Of a stretch of DNA of 32,159 nt, positions 25,794-32,159 are shown one piece after another. The stretch spans positions 1 through 32,159 of the forward strand of contig JAUWHL010000005.1 of assembly GCA_030605895.1 (NCBI GenBank). Direction: 5' to 3'. Both the position numbers and the translations under genes were made by a program. The notes beneath the pieces were generated by a model that did no database searches, was not told the DNA's origin, and saw only the letters and a program-made list of their open reading frames with translations. Numbering within the stretch: the stretch's first letter is position 1; every line of letters starts with the position of its first letter. This stretch comes from Promethearchaeota archaeon. Lineage in GTDB: Archaea > Asgardarchaeota > Lokiarchaeia > Sigyniarchaeales > SOKP01.

Positions 25794-26840
25794 TCACATG
25801 TATTCTGAAAATAGACAAATCTTTGATAAAAGAGCAGATACTTGAATATCATTATCTCTACCATCAAGGGCTCTGAAATCAGAATCTGCAATGAAATTCA
25901 TTAATTTACTCCGTACAAATTTGCTTAAAGGTAACTTATTTAGTTCATCAATCATTATTTTGAAAAATTCATGAATATCATACTTATAATTAGAAAGGAT
26001 TTTCCGTGCTAATTCTCGAACTTTTGGAAAATCTCCTTTGAAAGCAACCATTAAAAGACTCCTTATGAGTTCATTACGGAATTTTTGAGAGTATTCATAT
26101 AATTCTTCCATATCAATTACCTTTCCTGAAATGCTACTTAACTGCAAAAGGTCTATAGCACGAGATATTTTTCCTTCAGAAATCTTATATAAAACTTCAA
26201 TTGCTCCATCAGAGATCTCTAAAGATTCTTGTGTAGCAATTTGTGTTATTAATTCTTTAAAATCGTTATACTTTGCAGGAGATATTAATACAATTTGACA
26301 TCTACTAACAATGGGATTAATTATACTTGAAATTTTAGTGGTGATTAGAATCATCCTACAATTTCTACCATATATTTCCATTAATCTCCTAAAACCTTGT
26401 TGGTTTTGACCTAATGCTTCAAAATTTTTTATTATTAAAATTTTAAAAGGAGCACCTCCTAACACTTTCAATTGAACAAAAGGCTTTACTCTTGCTTGAA
26501 TAAAAGCGGGAGTTGTTATTCTTCTTCCAGCGACACTTCCTATTTTACTTGTAGAAACATACGCTTCAGATCGTGCTTTCTTTCTCTCTTCTTGACTTAG
26601 TGGTACATTAGCATAAACCAATTTAAAATTTGCATCATAATTTTTTTTAAGAAACTCTTTTGAAAATAATTGGGTAATTAAAGTCTTTCCTATACCTTTA
26701 ACTCCTACAAATAACATATGTGGAAAATTCTGTTGTTGAATTATGTGCTTTAAGGTTTCCTTAACCTTTTTTCTTCCACAAATTTGGTCTAAATTTTTTG
26801 GATGGTATTTGATTCTCCAAATAGGTATTTCTTCTTCCAC
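25794..26840 (-). CDS. Divergent RFC small-subunit paralogue with degenerate Walker B
   Basis: Degenerate box II PIWRIKYHPKNLDQICG. The P-loop is retained as GVKGIGKT (GxxxxGKT). Walker B DEAD is replaced by KNFE (KILIIKNFEAL vs KFVILDEADN in rfcS). The sensor-1 N is replaced (LITTK), while the SRC arginine-finger motif is retained (VSRCQIV). The start is GTG, preceded by AGGGT. Confidence 0.75.
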   Translation of the reverse strand: MEEEIPIWRIKYHPKNLDQICGRKKVKETLKHIIQQQNFPHMLFVGVKGIGKTLITQLFSKEFLKKNYDANFKLVYANVPLSQEERKKARSEAYVSTSKIGSVAGRRITTPAFIQARVKPFVQLKVLGGAPFKILIIKNFEALGQNQQGFRRLMEIYGRNCRMILITTKISSIINPIVSRCQIVLISPAKYNDFKELITQIATQESLEISDGAIEVLYKISEGKISRAIDLLQLSSISGKVIDMEELYEYSQKFRNELIRSLLMVAFKGDFPKVRELARKILSNYKYDIHEFFKIMIDELNKLPLSKFVRSKLMNFIADSDFRALDGRDNDIQVSALLSKICLFSEYM

Positions 26841-26880
26841 GTTTAATTACCCTTTGTTTAAAATTATTTTGAATGATTAG

Positions 26881-27852
26881 TTAAGATTCAATATTTTCAA
26901 TTAACAGTGCTAAAAGTGCTGAAATCTGAATTATTTCATCTGCTCCCTGACTTATTCGATAATCTATCTCCCCAATGAAAGCTATTAATTCAATAATTTT
27001 TACAGGGTTAATATTAAATGATGGTAAAATTTCTGATATTTGTCTTATGAAATTACGACTGTCAAAAGTGTCGATGGATTGAATTATTTCTCTAGATTTA
27101 TTAAAATCTTTATTTTGTATTGTTATATTTAAATGTTCCAAGGTTTCTACATCTAAAAATCCTGAAATTTTAAAAACTTCATTTATGTCTAAATTTTCCA
27201 GGAGATCAAGAGCAACAGCCATTTGAAGGGCATTTATCGCTTTCCGTAAATCCCCCCCTGAGATAAAATATAATTGATCAAAAAATTCTTCTTTCTTCTC
27301 AGGAGGAATTTTCAATTTCTCTTCTTCGCTAATATGTTTTAATCTTTCTATAATCTTCTCCTTTGGCAAACTTACAAACCTAAATACAGCGCATCTTGAA
27401 ATAATTGGATCTATTATCCTATTTATATAATTACATAAAAGAATGAACTTTACGCTAGTAGATGTTTTTTCAATAATTCTTCTAAGTGCTTGTTGGACTT
27501 GTCCTGGTATGTTATCTGCTTCATCCAAAATAACAAATTTTAAGGACCCATCCTTTACTAGATTTTGATTAACGAAATTCTTTAAAACTTTTCTCACAAA
27601 ATCAATTCTTACAGTATCAGAGGCATTTAATTCTAAAAGATTTGTATATAACTCCTCCTCTTTAAGAAAATGTCGTGCTATTATTAAGGCAGTACTGGTT
27701 TTTCCAGTTCCTGCAGGACCTGTAAAAATCAAGTGAGGTATATTAGTGTTCTTTACGAATTTTTTAAGATTATTAATAGCAATACTTTGACTTACAATAT
27801 CAGAAAATGTCTGTGGGCGATATTTCTCGACCCACGGGATTTCTAAACTCAT
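26881..27852 (-). CDS. rfcS: Replication factor C small subunit (canonical)
   Basis: Box II PWVEKYRPQTFSDIV, Walker A GPAGTGKTS, Walker B VILDEADN, sensor-1 LLCNY and SRC (ISRCAVFRF). Confidence 0.93.
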   Translation of the reverse strand: MSLEIPWVEKYRPQTFSDIVSQSIAINNLKKFVKNTNIPHLIFTGPAGTGKTSTALIIARHFLKEEELYTNLLELNASDTVRIDFVRKVLKNFVNQNLVKDGSLKFVILDEADNIPGQVQQALRRIIEKTSTSVKFILLCNYINRIIDPIISRCAVFRFVSLPKEKIIERLKHISEEEKLKIPPEKKEEFFDQLYFISGGDLRKAINALQMAVALDLLENLDINEVFKISGFLDVETLEHLNITIQNKDFNKSREIIQSIDTFDSRNFIRQISEILPSFNINPVKIIELIAFIGEIDYRISQGADEIIQISALLALLIENIES

Positions 27853-27861
27853 CTTCTCAAA

Positions 27862-28350
27862 TTATTCTTTATTCTCTTTGCTTTCTTTGGTTAAGTCTAA
27901 CTCTAAGACTTCATACACTTTTTTGAAGTTCATTTTCTCATATAGCTTTGCAGCTTCTACTGCTCTTTTCTTAATATTTACCCTAACTTTCTCCACTTTA
28001 ATTTTTTTCAAATGTTCCATTGCTTTTTCTAATAAAAGAGTCCCCACTCCTTTCTTGCGATACGGCTCTTTTAAATAGAACTGCTTAATAGAACCTTCAG
28101 ATAAGCCAAAAGGGTCAATTCTAAGTTCCGCGATAATCATTCCCACAAAATCATCAGAATCTTCATCTACAGCTATCAATATTCCATGACGTTGAAGAGG
28201 ATCATAAAGACGACGCCGAATTCCCCAATCAAAGCGTTTTGGATCGAATTTTTGCCCCAATCCTTCAACCAATTGTTTTGTTAAATCTCTTAAATCATTA
28301 ATATGTTCAGGACTAGCGACTTGTACTTTTATATTAAAACTTATCACCAC
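27862..28350 (-). CDS. GNAT-family N-acetyltransferase (RimI / archaeal Nat-like size)
   Basis: A 162-aa protein with acetyl-CoA binding motif A, YRKKGVGTLLLEKAMEHL (R-x-x-G-x-G), and a C-terminal AAKLYEKMNFK. The start is GTG and there is no early ATG. The gene ends 9 nt upstream of the rfcS start. Confidence 0.8.
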   Translation of the reverse strand: MVISFNIKVQVASPEHINDLRDLTKQLVEGLGQKFDPKRFDWGIRRRLYDPLQRHGILIAVDEDSDDFVGMIIAELRIDPFGLSEGSIKQFYLKEPYRKKGVGTLLLEKAMEHLKKIKVEKVRVNIKKRAVEAAKLYEKMNFKKVYEVLELDLTKESKENKE

Positions 28351-28527
28351 ACTATCGTGAATGTCATATACTTTCTTATTAACATAATTATTGCCATTTT
28401 AAAATTTAAATCTTCTTGACTTGAAATTAATAAAATAACAAATGAGATGTTAATGAATATAGCTTTTAATTAAAACAATAGCATTTTAAAAAAATTAAAA
28501 TAAAATTAACATTATTAAATAAAGATG

Positions 28528-28812
28528 TTAAAAGTGGCGAGCAGATGTACCATCCCAAGCTGTAACATCTTTATTTACCCATCCACATTTAGGACATTTA
28601 TCTGGAAGCTCCCAATTCTCTAAAGCTGGATGGATTCGACAATATAAACCTCCACAACTCTCACAAACCAGATATTTTGCTCCACATCCAGCACACATTT
28701 TCAGCTGACCTTGCTCTACAAAAGGAAAAGCTCTTCTCATCCACTCATCGTGGGCTAAAGAAAATTGATCTTTTCCACAAGCTTGACAGTGAACACCGTC
28801 TCCATCTGACAT
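28528..28812 (-). CDS. Cysteine-rich zinc-ribbon protein (four CxxC pairs), function unknown
   Basis: A 94-aa protein with CQAC, CAGC, CESC and CPKC plus one extra Cys, and four Trp. By hand count the ORF is ~42% G+C (119/285), visibly above its surroundings, and its amino-acid composition is atypically poor in K/I/N. Confidence 0.6.
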   Translation of the reverse strand: MSDGDGVHCQACGKDQFSLAHDEWMRRAFPFVEQGQLKMCAGCGAKYLVCESCGGLYCRIHPALENWELPDKCPKCGWVNKDVTAWDGTSARHF

Positions 28813-29114
28813 TTTTCTAATTCAGCTCTAATTTTTGATTATTTTTTGAATTTGATATTTTCTTTCTTATTATATAAGTTTAATCTGATTAAATTTTATA
28901 CTTTTTCTATGTAGTAATATTAAATTAATAATAAATCTACAAATTAAACATTTTCTTAAAAGTAAAAATTCAATGAAATTATATTTAAAGTCGAATATTG
29001 ATCTATTTGCTTCTGTAGATTTCTAATACGATAAATCAAAGAAATTTTCAGATAATATTCTTAATTATGAGGAGGAACTCCAAAAGAAACTTACATATTT
29101 TAAAGAAAATCAAA

Positions 29115-29435
29115 TTAAAATTCTAATTTTTTAGTAACTCCGTTCTTTCGTACTTCAGGGTTGACATTTTCCATTACTCCAATAAGCTGGAAAGTCTTAT
29201 CATCATTAAGAGCTTCTCCAAATTTTATTAGGATTTCTTTATTCCCAACAAATAAACCTTTTCTTTTTAGAGGTTTTCCATCGATTAAAGGATTGATCTC
29301 TAAAAATAATAATGCTGGTCTTGTTTTTGTCGCAGGAACTTTCACTACCATTACTCCTTCTATAGGAGTCTCCATTTTTTCCCAATCTTTTCCATTCTTA
29401 AGATGTTCTTTTAATTCTTCTTCAATCTTTGCCAT
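29115..29435 (-). CDS. Hypothetical protein (106 aa)
   Basis: An ATG-initiated ORF whose composition matches the neighbouring genes. I recognise no motif (MAKIEEELKEHLKNGKDWEKMETPIEGVMVVKVPATKTRPALLFLEINP...). Confidence 0.5.
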   Translation of the reverse strand: MAKIEEELKEHLKNGKDWEKMETPIEGVMVVKVPATKTRPALLFLEINPLIDGKPLKRKGLFVGNKEILIKFGEALNDDKTFQLIGVMENVNPEVRKNGVTKKLEF

Positions 29436-29478
29436 TTTGATTCAATCTCAATTTTTTAAGCTTTACTTTTTTTTCATC

Positions 29479-29500
29479 TATATGTTACATGTTACATATA
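29479..29500. promoter_or_regulatory. 22-bp near-perfect palindrome, a candidate operator in a divergent promoter region
   Basis: In TATATGTTACA|TGTTACATATA, 10 of 11 mirrored positions pair. It also reads as the tandem ATGTTAC ATGTTAC. It lies 44-65 nt upstream of the 106-aa gene start, between that gene and the RHH gene. Confidence 0.35.
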
Positions 29501-29661
29501 ATACTAATATAAAAATTTTTGGATTGAAATAAAATCTTATCGACCCTTAAAAGTTTAAAAAATTGATTGTTTATTTAAGATTAGTATTAATTTTTTTCAA
29601 ATTATTACTCAGAGATATCACAACATTCTGTCGGATTTCTTGGGGTTGATTTCCACTAAAC

Positions 29662-29695
29662 CTTTATATATATCACTGAGGTATATATAAATATC
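29662..29695 (+). promoter_or_regulatory. Two TATA-box-like elements upstream of the RHH gene
   Basis: CTTTATATATATC (29662-29674) and GTATATATAAATATC (29681-29695). The second lies about 25-30 nt upstream of the TTG/ATG cluster at 29712-29717, consistent with a leaderless or short-leader archaeal transcript. Confidence 0.35.
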
Positions 29696-29714
29696 AATTT
29701 AATTATAAAATTTG

Positions 29715-29945
29715 ATGTTTGAGATGAAATTAATATCAGTTAATTTGCCAGAATCTTATTTGAAAGTCTTAGAGATACTTGTAGTTGATGGAAAATTTCC
29801 CAATAGGTCAGAAGCCATAAGAGTAGCTATAAGAGACTTGATTAAAACAGAATATTTAATAGAAGAATCTGTAAATAAGAATATTACTCCTAGTATAATT
29901 GAATCTGAAATAGAAAATGAAATTCAAGAAAATTTACTAAATTAA
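29715..29945 (+). CDS. Ribbon-helix-helix (CopG/NikR-N/Arc-MetJ type) DNA-binding protein with an acidic tail
   Basis: KLISVNLPESYLKVLEILVVDGKFPNRSEAIRVAIRDLIKTEY shows the beta-strand/helix/helix RHH pattern. The start is ambiguous (TTG 29712, ATG 29715, ATG 29724). Confidence 0.65.
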   Translation: MFEMKLISVNLPESYLKVLEILVVDGKFPNRSEAIRVAIRDLIKTEYLIEESVNKNITPSIIESEIENEIQENLLN

Positions 29946-29999
29946 AATTATTTTTTTTATTCTTATTTAAAAAAAGTTATGTAAAAGAAACATTATTTA

Positions 30000-32159
30000 T
30001 TACTCACGTTTACCCAACAAAGCTAAGACCTTTTTCCTTCTTTCCTCTCGTCTAATTGCAATCCGTTTTCTGAGTATTTCCATTTCGTCTTCTGGGGTTT
30101 CTTCTTTTGCTTTTATTACTTCCTTTAATGGTTTTTTACTAACTTTACTTCTGAATTCTGTGATTTTTTTATTAATTTTTTCAATGATTTTCTTTCCTAA
30201 TTTTAGTTCTTTGAGTTTAAATTTAGCTTCACTTAATTCAGAAATGGCTTTCATGAACCGATTATCCGTAGCAGATACTTGAGCTTCATCTAATGCTTTA
30301 TATGCCGCAATAAAATTTCCACTCTGAGATTCTTTAATATCTACATCTACGGTTATCAATGGAATTTCTGCTTCAGCTTTTAAATTATTGATTTGTTCAT
30401 TAATTCTCTCAATTTCATCATGTTTTTCTAATTTCATCAATCTTTGGATCTCTTCTCGCATAATTAGAATCCCCTCATTATATCTGGAACTATCAAATAA
30501 CTTATTTGCTTTATCCAATTTAATGGATATCTTTCTATCAAGTTCTCTCTTAGCCTCTTCTTTTCTTTCTTCTTTTCTTCTTTTCTCAAGTTCTTTACGT
30601 TCTCTTTTTGCTTCCTCTTTTAAAAGTACTATTTGCTTTTCTTCTTCAACTTTTTTAATTTTTATATCTTCCAAAATCTCAGCTTGTTTCTGTTCTCTTT
30701 TAAGCTTAAACAGAAGTTCATTATTTATGCGTGAAACTTCTCGTTGCCAAGCTATTTTTTGGAATAATTCTCGAGCAACTATAAATTTATCGTAAGCTTC
30801 CGGAAATTTACCATTATTCATTAATACAGTACCTTCTTCTAAAAGATCATATGCTTCTTCTGATGTTTGCCTTTCTTGTTCTTTCTCTCTCTGGATTTTT
30901 AGAAACTCTTTTCTCTTCTCTTCTTGTTGTCGCTTTCTTATCAATTGAGCCTCAGCTAATTTTTCTTCTAGTTTTTCTTCTATTAGAATTTTTTTAACTT
31001 TTCTTTCTTCAAGCTCCTTTTGTTCAAGTTCAAAAGCTTTTTTCTTACTATTAATCATGACAACTGAATCTCGAACCATTTTAATTCCTTCTTCCCATTT
31101 TATATCAATGAAAATTTTTTCACTCTCTTTATAAGATTCTATGGATTTATCAAAATTATTTTGTCTTAATTCACGTTTAGCTTGATCCATTAAGCGAAAA
31201 GCTTTATCTTTTTGAGTTTCAAATTGAGCTACTCGTTCTTTTCTTAAATGCAGAGATTCTTTTCTCTTTTGTAACAATTTTTCTTGTTCTTGTCTTGCTT
31301 GTTCTAACAATCGTTGTTGAATCTTTAATTCTTCTTCTCTTTTTTTAACCTTTTCTGCTTCTAAAACACGCATTTTTTTATCTTGCGCTAATTTTTCTCT
31401 ATAAAATTTAATAGTATCTATTAACTTAGCTGATTCTTCTTTCCAATTAATCTCTTCAAAACGCTTACGTGCATCTCGATAGATATTAATAATTTTCTCA
31501 TAAGGTGCTTCATAATCAAAAACACCAGATTTTACCTTTAATTCATATTCTTGAGCAATTTTCTCAGCCTCTTGAATCATATCAAAGATTTCTGCAGTAG
31601 TCTCGTCAGCTTGCTTTTGTTTTTCTTCAAATTCTGATAGTCTCTTTTGTCTCTCTAAAAACTCTTTTTCAGTATTTATTTTAACGGATTCTAAACCAAT
31701 CTCTGATTTCTCTAATTTCTTTTGTTCGATTGCTCTTAACTTATCATCTTTTTCTTTTTTATCCTTATAAAATTTTATAGTATTAATTAATCGGTTTGAT
31801 TCGTCATTCCATCCTATTTTTTTGAATAATTCTCTAGCCTCTTCATAATTTGAAACTGCTTTATCATATGGATTTTCATATATTAAAATATCTTTCCTAA
31901 TACTTAGTTCATAACTTTTAACTGTTTTTTCTGCTTCATCAATAAGATTCATTGCCTTCTCTAATAGGATATCTTTTTCTTTATCTTCAGCTTCAAGTTC
32001 TTTGATTTTTTCTGGTTTAGCAGGTTTAATTTCTCTTATACCGACTTTATGCATATCTTCAAGATCTTTTTCTCTTTGAGCTTTTTGAGTTTCCACTTCC
32101 AATAGTTTTTCATGTTTCTCCAATTTTCCTTGATAAATTTTAATTTGGTTTTTATAAAT
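30000..32159 (-). CDS. Large modular alpha-helical protein: six TPR/MIT-like helical modules separated by E/K/R/Q-rich linkers (N-terminus probably outside the window)
   Basis: The track gives a 707-aa ORF from TTG 32123. The frame stays open to the window end (upstream codons read IYKNQIKIYQGK), so the gene is probably 5'-truncated here. Repeated modules include YEEARELFKKIGWNDESNRLINTIKFYK, YRDARKRFEEINWKEESAKLIDTIKFYR, YKESEKIFIDIKWEEGIKMV and YDKFIVARELFQKIAWQREVSRI. Confidence 0.7.
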   Translation of the reverse strand: MYKNQIKIYQGKLEKHEKLLEVETQKAQREKDLEDMHKVGIREIKPAKPEKIKELEAEDKEKDILLEKAMNLIDEAEKTVKSYELSIRKDILIYENPYDKAVSNYEEARELFKKIGWNDESNRLINTIKFYKDKKEKDDKLRAIEQKKLEKSEIGLESVKINTEKEFLERQKRLSEFEEKQKQADETTAEIFDMIQEAEKIAQEYELKVKSGVFDYEAPYEKIINIYRDARKRFEEINWKEESAKLIDTIKFYREKLAQDKKMRVLEAEKVKKREEELKIQQRLLEQARQEQEKLLQKRKESLHLRKERVAQFETQKDKAFRLMDQAKRELRQNNFDKSIESYKESEKIFIDIKWEEGIKMVRDSVVMINSKKKAFELEQKELEERKVKKILIEEKLEEKLAEAQLIRKRQQEEKRKEFLKIQREKEQERQTSEEAYDLLEEGTVLMNNGKFPEAYDKFIVARELFQKIAWQREVSRINNELLFKLKREQKQAEILEDIKIKKVEEEKQIVLLKEEAKRERKELEKRRKEERKEEAKRELDRKISIKLDKANKLFDSSRYNEGILIMREEIQRLMKLEKHDEIERINEQINNLKAEAEIPLITVDVDIKESQSGNFIAAYKALDEAQVSATDNRFMKAISELSEAKFKLKELKLGKKIIEKINKKITEFRSKVSKKPLKEVIKAKEETPEDEMEILRKRIAIRREERRKKVLALLGKRE

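Noticed and set aside
29066-29125. 19-codon ORF (MRRNSKRNLHILKKIKLKF) preceded by AGGAGG-like sequence
   Set aside because: It is very short and overlaps the 3' end of the convergent 106-aa gene. The apparent SD is part of its own coding sequence.
25501-30795. ORFs 25501-25689(+), 27878-28078(+), 29161-29532(+) and 30388-30795(+)
   Set aside because: They are antisense shadows of rfcL, the GNAT gene, the 106-aa gene and the large helical protein. Their products are S/F/L-rich low-complexity sequence.
30000-32123. Long polypyrimidine-biased plus strand (CTTCTTTTCTTTCTTC-type tracts), considered as a possible structural DNA repeat or H-DNA element
   Set aside because: It is fully explained by the E/K/R codon bias (GAA/AAA/AAG/AGA) of the minus-strand gene. 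The periodicity follows the protein modules, not a DNA-level tandem repeat.
1-32159. Search for tRNA, rRNA or other structured-RNA genes as G+C-rich islands, and for transposase, integrase or other mobile-element genes
   Set aside because: The only G+C-elevated patches are coding (28528-28812, and an Ala/Gly-rich patch of the SBP near 20520-20580). I saw no cloverleaf-compatible sequence, transposase-like ORF or terminal inverted repeats.

Overview
This is an AT-rich (roughly 30% G+C by eye) chromosomal segment of an archaeon. Archaeal information-processing genes (TFB, a three-gene replication factor C cluster) lie beside bacterial-type genes: grpE-dnaK-dnaJ, class II FBP aldolase, PepT and FixCX. 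The proteome is K/E/I/N-rich, several genes need TTG/GTG starts, and there are long charged helical-repeat proteins. That pattern fits an Asgard/Lokiarchaeia-like genome, but lineage cannot be proven from this window. I support 30 protein-coding genes, two of them truncated by the window edges. I found no rRNA, tRNA, CRISPR array, transposase or integrase. The most notable observations are: (1) a GlcDEF-like flavoprotein/Fe-S dehydrogenase gene set, with the Fe-S subunit and second oxidase in an operon with an SCP2-like carrier and a CrtC/AttH-like lipocalin. It lies next to a divergent FixC/GGR-like + FixX pair and has an embedded orphan response regulator with an unassigned, possibly longin-like, C-terminal domain. 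(2) A GNAT-rfcS-rfcS2-rfcL operon whose middle subunit keeps the P-loop and SRC arginine finger but has lost Walker B (DEAD to KNFE). (3) A protein of more than 707 aa made of six TPR/MIT-like helical modules joined by E/K-rich linkers, plus a separate SNAP-like helical-repeat protein with an internal duplication. (4) An unusually long 838-bp non-coding region with two ~79-nt direct repeats and a 21-bp bulged hairpin. (5) A locally G+C-rich gene for a four-CxxC zinc-ribbon protein. (6) Several exact palindromes or operator-like sites. All functional calls come from motif recognition by eye, and no database search was run.
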